A stretch of DNA of 64,000 bases from Candidatus Latescibacterota bacterium (GTDB lineage Bacteria; Latescibacterota; UBA2968; UBA8231): contig OZ252098.1 of assembly GCA_965248355.1 (NCBI GenBank), positions 2,784,001-2,848,000 of the forward strand, written 5' to 3'. The notes beneath the pieces are model-generated. The model saw only the letters and a list, made by a program, of their open reading frames with translations, ran no database searches and was not told the DNA's origin. This document shows positions 38,203 to 46,922 of the stretch, piece after piece (the first letter of the stretch is position 1; every line of letters starts with the position of its first letter). Made by a program: the position numbers and the translations under genes.

Positions 38203-39918
38203 TCAGTCGACCTGTCCGCCGCTGCCCTCGCGGACGACGAGGACCTGGTTGACCGCCAGGTCCCGCCAGGTCTCGACGAGGCCGCTGGGCCAGGTGATCC
38301 GCAGCTCGTCGACGCGGGCGGCGTCACCGAGGCCGAAGTGGAGGCGCGGGTCGTTGTTCGACAGGTAGCTGGAGCCGCTGCCGACCTCCTCGACCTGCGT
38401 CAGCTCCCCGCAGCGGACGCGGGCCCGCGCGCCGATGCCGTCCCGGTTGCTCGCCGTGCCGATGGTGCGCACCCGCAGCCAGTTCCCCCGGTGGCCGCCG
38501 TCGTTGCGCAGCAGCGAGGGCGCGTCGTTCAGGTTCAGCACGAGGATGTCCAGGTCGCCGTCGTCGTCGTAGTCGCCGAAGGCGGCTCCCCTGCTCACCT
38601 TCTCGATCTGCAGGCCGGGTCCGGCGGCCTGCGACAGCTCGTGGAAGGTGCCGTCGCCCAGGTTCTCGAAGAGCTGGTTCCTTTGGGCGTAACTCACTCC
38701 CAGGTTGGCCCGGTCCACCTGGGGGAAGATGTGGCCGTTGGCGATGAAGAGGTCCTTGTCGCCGTCGTTGTCATAGTCGAAGAACCCGGTCCCCCACGCC
38801 AGGAAGGGGAAGCTCTCGAGGCCGACCCGCGCATGGAAGGTGACGTCCGAGAAGATCTCGCCGCCGCCGTCGTTGCGGTAGAGGGTGTTGGTCTCCTCCC
38901 AGAAGTTGGTCACCAGGAGGTCCTGGTCCTCGTCGTTGTCGTAGTCGCCCAGGGCGATGCCCATCGACCCCTGGGACTCGCCGGACTCGCCGTAGGCGAC
39001 GCCGGCCATCCAGCCCAGCTCCTCGTAGGTGCCGTCGCCCTGGTTCCGGTACAGGTAGTTCGGGCCCGTGTCGTTGGCCACGTAGAAGTCGGCGTCGCCG
39101 TCGTCATCGAGATCGCCGGCGACGACGCCGAGGCCGTAGAGCTGCTCCTCGTCGACCACGTTGGCCGCCTCGGTGGCGTCGGTGAAGACGCCGTCCCCCT
39201 CGTTGCGGTAGAAGACGTCGGCCTCGCCCCGCAGCCCGCGCGGGCCGAAGTGGACGGTCAGGCCGCGCCACTCGTGGCGCCGCTCCGGCGTCGTTGCGAT
39301 GTAATGGCGGAAGTCGACGTAGTTGGCCACGTAGAGGTCGAGGTCGCCGTCGCGGTCGGAGTCGAAGAAGGCGCAGCCGGTGCTGAAGCCCTCGTCGCCG
39401 ACACCGGCGCGGGCCGTCACGTCGGCGAAGGTCTCGCCGCCCCGGTTCTCGTAGAGGACGTTGCGGCCGTAGTTGGTGATGAAGACGTCCGGGTCGCCGT
39501 CGTTGTCGTGGTCGGCCGCGGCGACGCCCATCCCCCATCCCGTATCCCCCAGCCCCGCGGCCTCGGTGGCGTCGGCGAAGATGTCGCCGTCGTTGCGGTA
39601 GAGGGCGTTGCGCGGGTGCCCGCCGTCGGGAAACCCGCCCACCCGGGAGCCGTTGAGGACGTAGAGGTCCAGGTCGCCGTCGACGTCGTGGTCGAGGAAG
39701 GCCACGCCGCCCATCATCGTGTCGACCAGGTACTCCTGCTCTTCCTCGCCGGAGACGTTCGGCAGGGTGACGCCCACGTGGGCGGCCACATCCGTGAACC
39801 GCACGGCGCCGGCCGCCGCGGTCTCGGCGCCGCCGCCCACGGCAGCCAGGAGCTGGACGGCGGCCAGCGGAAAGACGAAGGGCAGGACGGTCCGGCGAGG
39901 TGACCCGCGGTCGATCAC
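38203..39918 (-). CDS. CRTAC1-family protein (FG-GAP repeats + ASPIC/UnbV)
   Basis: Repeated DxDxDGDxDL and LYRN motifs; NRDGIGAR...SYLS...LHFGLG...ITWPSG. Confidence 0.9.
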   Translation of the reverse strand: MIDRGSPRRTVLPFVFPLAAVQLLAAVGGGAETAAAGAVRFTDVAAHVGVTLPNVSGEEEQEYLVDTMMGGVAFLDHDVDGDLDLYVLNGSRVGGFPDGGHPRNALYRNDGDIFADATEAAGLGDTGWGMGVAAADHDNDGDPDVFITNYGRNVLYENRGGETFADVTARAGVGDEGFSTGCAFFDSDRDGDLDLYVANYVDFRHYIATTPERRHEWRGLTVHFGPRGLRGEADVFYRNEGDGVFTDATEAANVVDEEQLYGLGVVAGDLDDDGDADFYVANDTGPNYLYRNQGDGTYEELGWMAGVAYGESGESQGSMGIALGDYDNDEDQDLLVTNFWEETNTLYRNDGGGEIFSDVTFHARVGLESFPFLAWGTGFFDYDNDGDKDLFIANGHIFPQVDRANLGVSYAQRNQLFENLGDGTFHELSQAAGPGLQIEKVSRGAAFGDYDDDGDLDILVLNLNDAPSLLRNDGGHRGNWLRVRTIGTASNRDGIGARARVRCGELTQVEEVGSGSSYLSNNDPRLHFGLGDAARVDELRITWPSGLVETWRDLAVNQVLVVREGSGGQVD

Positions 39919-41414
39919 GGGCTCCGCTCAGCCAGTCTGCCGGCGATGGCGAACTGCTCCCGGGCGTCCTCGTAGCGGCCCACCTTCATGTAGGTATCCC
40001 CCAGGTCGCGGTGGTAGCGGGCGTTCGTGGGGGCCAGGGCGATGGCGAGCTTGTGCTCGTTGATGGCCTGCAGGTGCCGGCCTCGCCGGGAGTACTGCAC
40101 GGCGAGCTCGGCGTGGAACCTCGGGTTGTCCGGCGACATGGCGACGCTGCGCTCGAGATCGTCGAGGCTCTCCCGGCTCTGCTCGCGGAAGACCGCCATC
40201 GCCCGCCGGCCCTGCTCGCGCCGGCCCTGCTGCAGACAGGCCCTGGCGAGGCCGTAGTGGGCCTTCGTGTTGTAGTGGTCGAGGTCGATGGCCTTGCGGA
40301 ACTCCGGGATCGCCGACTCGGTGCTGTCGGCGCGGGCCAGGGCCGCCCCCAGGGCGTAGTGGAAGAGGGTGTTGTCCGGCTCGAGCCGGACGGCCTGCCG
40401 CAGCTGGGCGATCGCCTGCTCGTGCCGCGTCGCGCGGGAGTAGATGCCGCCCAGACGGTAGCGCGTGTAGGCCAGGTCCGGGTCGGCGGCCAGGGCCCGC
40501 TCGTACTGGGCCGCCGCCTGGTCGAACTCCCGCTGCCGCTCGTAGGCCATGCCGAGGCTGTGCTGGAACCGGCCGTCCCCGGGGGCCAGCTCGACGGCCT
40601 TGCGATGGGCCGCCACGGCGGCGGCGAGCATGTCCTGATCGGACATGGCGGTCCCCAGCGGGGCGTGGGCCTGCTCGGCGTAGACGCGGCCCAGCCGGTC
40701 GTGGACCTCGGCTCGCCGCGGGTCGAGGCGCAGGCTCGCCCGGAGGGCCTCGGCCGCCTCCGCCAGCTGGCCGACGGCCATCAGGGCGGTGCCGAGGACG
40801 TAGTGCACGGAGGGCTCGTCCGGGATCAGCTCGGCGGCCTGCCGGAGAGCGGCGATCGCCTTGCCGTACTCCTGCTCCTTCAGGTAGATGCCCCCGAGGC
40901 GGTAGAGGGAGGGGGGGTAGTCGGGCTTGATGCGGTGGGCCGCCTCGAAGTGCCGCGCCGCCGCCGAGGGCTCGCTGGGTGCGTAGATCATGCCGAGGCC
41001 GTGATGGGCCAGGTAGTAGCCCGGATCGGCCGCGATCGCCCGCTGGAAGGCATCCTCGGCCCTGGCCACCTCCCCACCGATGAGGAACACCTTGCCCAGC
41101 TTGTAGAGGGACGGGACGTAGCCGGCGTCGAGCCGCAGGGCCCGCTCGAAGGCCTGCCGGGCCTCGGGGAAGCGGCGCTGCAACGAGTAGACGAAGCCGA
41201 GGCCGTCGCAGGCCCGGACATGGGTGGAGTCCCGCTCGACGGCCTCACGGTAGTTCTCCTCGGCGCATCCGTAGTCGCCGCTTTGGGCGCAGCGCCGTCC
41301 GAGCTGGTAGAAGGCCTCGCTGGTTCCCGGCGTCTCCGCCTCCTGTCCCGCGAGGCGGGGCGCGGGCCCGGCGAGGAGGGCGGCGCAGGCGAGGGCGGCC
41401 GCGGTGGAGTTCAC
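39915..41414 (-). CDS. Secreted tetratricopeptide repeat protein
   Basis: GTG start overlapping the upstream stop; signal peptide; many TPR units (LG...A...F..AL..DP). Confidence 0.85.
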   Translation of the reverse strand: MNSTAAALACAALLAGPAPRLAGQEAETPGTSEAFYQLGRRCAQSGDYGCAEENYREAVERDSTHVRACDGLGFVYSLQRRFPEARQAFERALRLDAGYVPSLYKLGKVFLIGGEVARAEDAFQRAIAADPGYYLAHHGLGMIYAPSEPSAAARHFEAAHRIKPDYPPSLYRLGGIYLKEQEYGKAIAALRQAAELIPDEPSVHYVLGTALMAVGQLAEAAEALRASLRLDPRRAEVHDRLGRVYAEQAHAPLGTAMSDQDMLAAAVAAHRKAVELAPGDGRFQHSLGMAYERQREFDQAAAQYERALAADPDLAYTRYRLGGIYSRATRHEQAIAQLRQAVRLEPDNTLFHYALGAALARADSTESAIPEFRKAIDLDHYNTKAHYGLARACLQQGRREQGRRAMAVFREQSRESLDDLERSVAMSPDNPRFHAELAVQYSRRGRHLQAINEHKLAIALAPTNARYHRDLGDTYMKVGRYEDAREQFAIAGRLAERSP

Positions 41415-42715
41415 GCCACCCGCACCGGCACCCGGTGGATGACGTTGCCGAGGTAGCCCTTGGGGTTCCAGGGCTGGCGGAAGGGCTGGGCGTTGCCGGC
41501 GTCGTCGAAGGCCCGGGCCCAGATCTCGTAGTAGCCCCGGTCGGCGAGGGTCAGCTCGGCGGACCAGCCGTACCAGGCGTAGCGGTTGGCCGGCGGGGTC
41601 AGACGCGCCTCCTGCCAGTGGACGCCGAAGTCGGTGGAGACCAGCACCCTGGCCACCTCGCCCTCCCCGGCCCAGGCGTGTCCCCGGACCTGCAGGGGCG
41701 CGCCGCCCTGGACCTGCGCCTCCGGCGCTGGAGCGGTGATGAGGGACTTCACGAGCCACGAGGTGGCGATGGCCATGTCCGCCTCCGGCGGCTTGTGGCC
41801 GGGGGCGACGGGATAGGCGGGCACCCGGTAGGAGTAGCCGCTCATCTGCCGGGAGTCGTGGACGGTGTCGCGGACCTCGATGCGGTGGAGCCACTTCTGC
41901 ATGGAGCTGCCGATCCAGCCCGGGACCAGCAGGCGCGCCGGGAAGCCGTGGGCCGCCGGCAGCGGCTCACCGTTCATCCTCAGGGCGATCAGGGTGTGCT
42001 CGTCCATGGCCTTGTCCACGGGGATGCCCCGTGAGAAGGGGGGCTCGTCCTCGCCGTGGTTGGCGAGGTACACGGCCCTCTCGGTGACCCCGGCCGTCTG
42101 CAGCACGTCGCGCAGGCGCACGCCCGTCCACTCGCTGCAGGCCACGGCGCCGCGGACCCACTGGGCGCCGCCCACGGCGGGCGCGAACAGGCTGCGGCCG
42201 TTGCCCGCGCATTCGAGCACCATCTTGCGGGTGACCTGCGGCAGGCGCGTCAAGTCGTCGAAGGAGAAGGCGCGCCGGGTGCGGACCTCGCCGTCGATGG
42301 TCAGCCTCCAGTCCTGCAGGTCCCGCCTCCGGGCGCGCCCGGGGATGCCGCCGCTGTTGCGCACGAAGTGGCGGCTCGTGGGCGTCACCGCGTCGTCGAG
42401 CAGATGGGGGGGGAACTCGCCGTTGAAGGGCTCTTCGGAGTGGACGATCATGTCCGGCTTCGGCAGCCCGTCGGCGGCCCCGGCCGCCCAGGCCCCCGGG
42501 ATGAGCCCGCGGCCGAAGAGGCCCCTCACGGCCGCGTCCGGTCCCGCCCCGAGGACGCCCAGGCCGGCCAGCGCCGCCCCGCGGCCCACGGTGGACAGGA
42601 ACCGCCGCCGCGAGGTCATGCGGTCGAACCGGTCCAGCTCCTCCTCGCCGGCCCCGTTGCCGGTCAGCAGGAGGCGGAGCCTCTCCGGCTCCAGTCCGGG
42701 GTTCGATTCAGGCAT
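41411..42715 (-). CDS. Tat-exported sulfite oxidase-family molybdoenzyme (SorT/SoxC-like); alternative start 42619
   Basis: SRRRFL Tat motif; HFVRN; LECAGNGR; WTGVRL; MNGEPLPAAHGFPARL; WNPKGYLGN. Confidence 0.9.
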   Translation of the reverse strand: MPESNPGLEPERLRLLLTGNGAGEEELDRFDRMTSRRRFLSTVGRGAALAGLGVLGAGPDAAVRGLFGRGLIPGAWAAGAADGLPKPDMIVHSEEPFNGEFPPHLLDDAVTPTSRHFVRNSGGIPGRARRRDLQDWRLTIDGEVRTRRAFSFDDLTRLPQVTRKMVLECAGNGRSLFAPAVGGAQWVRGAVACSEWTGVRLRDVLQTAGVTERAVYLANHGEDEPPFSRGIPVDKAMDEHTLIALRMNGEPLPAAHGFPARLLVPGWIGSSMQKWLHRIEVRDTVHDSRQMSGYSYRVPAYPVAPGHKPPEADMAIATSWLVKSLITAPAPEAQVQGGAPLQVRGHAWAGEGEVARVLVSTDFGVHWQEARLTPPANRYAWYGWSAELTLADRGYYEIWARAFDDAGNAQPFRQPWNPKGYLGNVIHRVPVRVA

Positions 42716-42741
42716 GGGGGTCTCCTGCCGGGTTGCGGCCG

Positions 42742-43710
42742 CTACCCGTACACGAACAGCACGCCCAGGGCCGAGCCCAGGTCGTGGGCGAGCAGGTCGA
42801 AGGCCTCCCTGGCCCGCTCCAGGGGGAAGCGGTGGGTGATCATGTCGCCGGTGGCCAGGTGCCCGTCGCGCAGGAAGCGCGCGGCGTCCCGGCTGTACTC
42901 GCTCCGGGGCTTCGGGCTGCGGATGCCGCCGACCACGAGCTTGCCCATGACGCTCCCGGCGTCGAGGGGCAGAGGCTGGCGGTGGTAGAGGCCGACGAGC
43001 TGGATCACGCCGCCGCTGGCGCACATCTGCTGGGCCTGGGCGAAGGACTGCACCCCGGCGGCGCCGCCGACGCAGTCGATGACCACCTTCGCTCCCCCGG
43101 GACAGAGCCGGCGGACGGCGTCCACCGGGTCCTCCCGCGAGCAGTCGACCACGTCGTCGGCGAAGCGCCCGGCCAGCCGGCAGCGGCGCTCCAGCCCGTC
43201 CACGGCCACCAGCCGGCCCGTGTCCCGCCGGCGCACGACCTGCAGCAGGATGCTGCCCACCAACCCCTGGCCGAGGATGACGACGGTGTCCCGCGGCCCG
43301 ATCATGGCGCTGTCGGCCCAGGCCAGGCAGCTGGTGGTCAGGGGCAGGAAGGTGGCGGCCTCGAAGCCGACCTCCCCGGGCAGGGGGATGACCGAGGGCC
43401 TGGAGGCGGGGGCCCCGGCCTGGCCGATGACGTACTCGGCGTGGGGCGCGACCACGACGACCCGGTCTCCGGGGCGGTGATCGGCCCCGGGCCCCGGCTC
43501 GGCGACGACGCCGGCGGCGGAATAGCCCATGCGCGACGGATCGACGGCGGTCTCGCTCAGGTAGCGGCCGCCGATCTCCGAGCCGCGGCTGATCAGGGAG
43601 GCCTCCAGGCGCACGAGGACCTCTCCCTCGCCGGGCCGGGGGACCTCGACGCGCTCGACGACGACGTTGCCGACGCCGTCGTGCTTGGCGGCTCTCAGCA
43701 TGGTGGCCAT
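42742..43710 (-). CDS. Medium-chain (zinc-binding family) dehydrogenase
   Basis: SLISRGSE, GYSAAG, GDRVV, ILGQGLVG, VIDCVG, ITHRFPL. Confidence 0.8.
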   Translation of the reverse strand: MATMLRAAKHDGVGNVVVERVEVPRPGEGEVLVRLEASLISRGSEIGGRYLSETAVDPSRMGYSAAGVVAEPGPGADHRPGDRVVVVAPHAEYVIGQAGAPASRPSVIPLPGEVGFEAATFLPLTTSCLAWADSAMIGPRDTVVILGQGLVGSILLQVVRRRDTGRLVAVDGLERRCRLAGRFADDVVDCSREDPVDAVRRLCPGGAKVVIDCVGGAAGVQSFAQAQQMCASGGVIQLVGLYHRQPLPLDAGSVMGKLVVGGIRSPKPRSEYSRDAARFLRDGHLATGDMITHRFPLERAREAFDLLAHDLGSALGVLFVYG

Positions 43711-43803
43711 GGCGGCCTAAGGTAGGGCGGGGGGAGGCGAGGCGGCCACCGGCGGGGTTGCGGGACTGGCGCCGCCCGGGAGCGTGGCCGAGTCTTTTCC
43801 GCC

Positions 43804-44559
43804 ATGAGGGTTCTGATCACCGGGATGAGCGGTCTCATCGGCGGCGCCGTGCGGCGGCGGCTGGAGGGCCGCTTCGAGCTGTCCGCCCTGAGCCGCCGCC
43901 CCGTGGAGGGCGTGGCCTGCCACCAGGCGGACATCGCCGACCTCGAGGCGATCCGCCCCGCCTTCGAGGGGGTGGACGTGGTCGTCCACCTGGCGGCGGC
44001 GGTCCGGGGCGACTGGGAGACCCTGCTGCGCAACAACGTCGTGGGCACCTACAACGTACTCGAGGCGTCGCACCGGGCCGGCGTGTCCCGCGTGGTCTAC
44101 GCCAGCAGCGGTTCGGTGGTCTCGGGCTGGGAGCGGGAGGAGCCGTACCGGAGCCTGGTCTCCGGCGGCCCCGGGGCCATCCCCGCCTCCTGGGAGATGC
44201 TCACCCACGAGACCCCGCTCCGGCCCGTGGGCCTCTACGGTTGCACCAAGGTCTGGGGGGAGGCCCTGGCCCGCCACTACGCCGACTCCGCCGGGCTGTC
44301 CGTGATCTGCCTGCGCATCGGCGCCGTCCGCCCCGAGGACCGGCCCCTGGAGCGGCGCGACGAGTCCGTGTACTGCAGCCAGGCCAACGTGGCGCGTCTC
44401 GTGGAGCGCTGCGTCACGGCGCCGCCGGAGCTGCGCTTCGACGTGTTCTACGCGGTCTCCGACAACCGGCTCAACTACCGCGACACCGCCCACGCCCGCC
44501 GGGTGCTCGGACACGAGCCCCTGGGGGCGGGCGACAACCAGAGGAGGCAAAGGGAATGA
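43804..44559 (+). CDS. NAD-dependent epimerase/dehydratase family (uronate dehydrogenase-like)
   Basis: ITGMSGLIG, VVHLAA, YASS, YGCTK, CLRIG. Confidence 0.8.
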   Translation: MRVLITGMSGLIGGAVRRRLEGRFELSALSRRPVEGVACHQADIADLEAIRPAFEGVDVVVHLAAAVRGDWETLLRNNVVGTYNVLEASHRAGVSRVVYASSGSVVSGWEREEPYRSLVSGGPGAIPASWEMLTHETPLRPVGLYGCTKVWGEALARHYADSAGLSVICLRIGAVRPEDRPLERRDESVYCSQANVARLVERCVTAPPELRFDVFYAVSDNRLNYRDTAHARRVLGHEPLGAGDNQRRQRE

Positions 44560-44783
44560 TCGACAAGATCGAGATCCAGTACTGCAGCTCCTGAGGCTAT
44601 GAACCCCAGGCCGTCGGTCTGACGGCCGCGATTCTCAAGGAGAAGAAGCTCGACCTCGGACAGCTGGTGCTCGTGCCGTCGCACGGGGGCCGCTTCGAGG
44701 TCACGATGGACGGTGAGCTGGTGTTCTCCAAGCTCGCCGAGGGGCGTTTCCCGGAGGACAGGGAGATCCTCGAGAAGATCTAG
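44556..44783 (+). CDS. Rdx-family (SelW/SelT/SelH) selenoprotein, 75 aa, CxxU motif with in-frame TGA at 44592-44594
   Basis: MIDKIEIQYCSS-U-GYEPQAVGL...GGRFEVTMDGELVFSKLAEGRFP; GAGGAGG RBS; ATGA overlap with the upstream gene; sel genes adjacent. Confidence 0.92.
44609..44627 (+). promoter_or_regulatory. Putative bacterial SECIS element
   Basis: GGCCGTC-GGTCT-GACGGCC hairpin starting 14 nt after the UGA, G in the apical loop. Confidence 0.75.
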
Positions 44784-44806
44784 CTCGAGAGGAATCCGCA
44801 AGGAAG

Positions 44807-44851
44807 CCCGCCCGCGGATCCGGCGTCACCTCGCCGGGGTCCGCGGGCGGG
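44807..44851. terminator. Long GC-rich hairpin between the convergent Rdx gene and tRNA-Sec
   Basis: CCCGCCCGCGGATCCGGCG / CGCCGGGGTCCGCGGGCGGG inverted repeat; no clear U-tract. Confidence 0.5.
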
Positions 44852-44862
44852 TCTGTTCGTAC

Positions 44863-44959
44863 TGGCGGGAATGTGTGGGAATCGAACCCACCCAGCGCGG
44901 AAGGCCGCGCCGCAACGGATTTGAAGTCCGCGAGGGCCACCAGAGCCCCAGCCATTCCC
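44863..44959 (-). tRNA. selC: tRNA-Sec (anticodon UCA)
   Basis: Minus strand GGGAATGG...GCGGAC-TTCAA-ATCCGT, long variable arm, GTGGG-TTCGATT-CCCAC T arm, encoded CCA; 97 nt; 19 nt downstream of selB. Confidence 0.95.
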
Positions 44960-44978
44960 GCGCCGATCTGAGGGCCGG

Positions 44979-46922
44979 TCAATCTCCGGCCGCGTTTCCG
45001 CGGCTGTCAACCGCGCCGGGGACCAGCCGCCGGAGGTCGTCCTCGCGCCGGGTCAGGCCCTGGCCGTCGAAGTAGTTGAGCAGGGGCAGGGCGAACCGGC
45101 GGGTGGTGCCCACCAGCTCCCGGAAGCCGGCGACCTCGATCTGTCCGTGCTCCCGGAGATAGGCCACGAGGTTCGACTCGATCCGCTCCAGCACGGCGGC
45201 GTCGAAGAGGAGGCCGTCCCGCAGCCGCACTAGGTCGCCGCGTTGCTGCATCACGGCGACCACGGCCTCCACCTCCGGCGCCGGCCGGCCCAGGCTCCCG
45301 GGCAGCTCCCCCACGTCCGGCGGCTGGGCGCCGCCGCCGCGCAGGGCCCCGGCGATGGCCCGCCGGAGCGCCTCCTGCTCCGGCGTCAGCTCGACCTGGT
45401 GGCCGGGCAGGGAGAGCCGCCCCGACTCCAGGCGCACCCGGCCGTCCGCGGCCAGCGACTCGGCCGCGGCCTGGAACACCGCCGCCTCGTGATCCGCCCC
45501 GGTCCGCCGGCTCAGCTCCTCCCGCGAGACGGCCGGCTGCAGGGGCTGCTCCTCGTGGAACCGGGCCAGCGCCTCCAGGATCTCCCCGCCCAGCCGCTCC
45601 CAGGCCCCGGCGTGGACGAAGCGCCGCCGGCCCGCCTGCACGAAGTCGACGCAGGAACCCCGATCTCGCAGCTCCCGCAGCCCCGCCTCCACATCGGCGA
45701 CGCGGCGTCCGAGGAGGGGGGCCAGATCGCCGGCGGAGCGGCTGTGGGCGCCGGCGTCGCGCAGCAGGGCGTCGAGCACCTCCCGCGGATCCTCCGTCCC
45801 CAGGCGCCCCAGCCGTTCGAGCACGTCGGGCCGCCGCCGCCGGTGCCGGCGGGCCCGGGGATCGAGGACGACACCCCCGGCCAGGGTCCGCGCCGGCGAG
45901 TAGCGGCGGGCGACGAAGCGGTCCCCGTGGGCGGCCACCCCCGGGCTCTCCAGCCGGAGCTGCACGAAGCCGCTTTCCCCCGGGGCCAGGGCATCGGCGT
46001 CGAGCAGGACCACCCGGGCCAGGACCTCTCCGGGCCCCAGGTGGAGGCGCAGGCGGTCCCGGTGCTTGAGGACCGCCGGCGCGTCCTCGAGCATCCGCAG
46101 GTGGGCGTCGATCAGGCTCGTGGCCTCGAAGAACCCGGGCTCGGCCAGGGTGTCGCCGCGGGCGACGTCGGCCACGTTCACGTCGGACAGGTTCACGGCG
46201 GCGCGGCTCCCCGCCCCCGCCGCGGCCACGTCCCGGCCGTGGACCTGCACCCCGCGCACGCGCACCGGACGGCCCCGGGGCTGCAGGACCAGCTCGTCCC
46301 TGGGCCGCACCGAGCCGGCCAGGACGGTGCCGGTCACCACCGTGCCGAAACCGCTCATGGAGAAGGCGCGGTCCACGGGCAGGCGCAGGACGCCGCGGTC
46401 GGGGCGCGGTCCCACGTCCGCGATGCGCTCCTCGAGCAGGGTCCTCAGGCGGCCGATCCCCTCCCCGGTCACCGAGGAGACGGGGACGATCTCGGCCGCT
46501 TCCAGAAAGGTGCCGGCGAGCAGCTCGCGCAGGTCCTCGACGACCATCTCCACCCACTCGGGCTCGACCAGGTCGGTCTTGGTGAGGGCCACGAGGCCGT
46601 CGCGGACCCCGAGGAGCCGGAGGATGGCCAGGTGCTCGCGGGTCTGGGGCATGACGCCGTCGTCGGCGGCGACCACGAAGAGGGCCAGGTCGACGGAGCT
46701 GACGCCGGCCACCGCGTTCTTGACGAAGCGCTCGTGGCCGGGCACGTCGAGGAGGGTGACATCCTCCTTCCAGTAGGCGAAGCCCACGTCGATGGTCAGG
46801 CCCCGGGCCCGCTCCTGCGGGTGGGTGTCGGTCTCGATGCCGGTCAGGGCCTTCACCAGGGCGGTCTTGCCGTGGTCGATGTGGCCCGCGGTGCCGATGA
46901 TGACGTGGCGGCCCGGGGTCAC
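44979..46922 (-). CDS. selB: Selenocysteine-specific elongation factor
   Basis: IGTAGHIDHGKT, DVPGHERF, RLPVDRAF, C-terminal winged helix TTRRFALPLLNYFD; GTG overlaps the selA stop. Confidence 0.95.
   Translation of the reverse strand: MTPGRHVIIGTAGHIDHGKTALVKALTGIETDTHPQERARGLTIDVGFAYWKEDVTLLDVPGHERFVKNAVAGVSSVDLALFVVAADDGVMPQTREHLAILRLLGVRDGLVALTKTDLVEPEWVEMVVEDLRELLAGTFLEAAEIVPVSSVTGEGIGRLRTLLEERIADVGPRPDRGVLRLPVDRAFSMSGFGTVVTGTVLAGSVRPRDELVLQPRGRPVRVRGVQVHGRDVAAAGAGSRAAVNLSDVNVADVARGDTLAEPGFFEATSLIDAHLRMLEDAPAVLKHRDRLRLHLGPGEVLARVVLLDADALAPGESGFVQLRLESPGVAAHGDRFVARRYSPARTLAGGVVLDPRARRHRRRRPDVLERLGRLGTEDPREVLDALLRDAGAHSRSAGDLAPLLGRRVADVEAGLRELRDRGSCVDFVQAGRRRFVHAGAWERLGGEILEALARFHEEQPLQPAVSREELSRRTGADHEAAVFQAAAESLAADGRVRLESGRLSLPGHQVELTPEQEALRRAIAGALRGGGAQPPDVGELPGSLGRPAPEVEAVVAVMQQRGDLVRLRDGLLFDAAVLERIESNLVAYLREHGQIEVAGFRELVGTTRRFALPLLNYFDGQGLTRREDDLRRLVPGAVDSRGNAAGD

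Noticed and set aside
44784..44880. tRNA-Sec 3' end as an integration site
   Set aside because: I saw no duplicated tRNA 3' end and no integrase in the window
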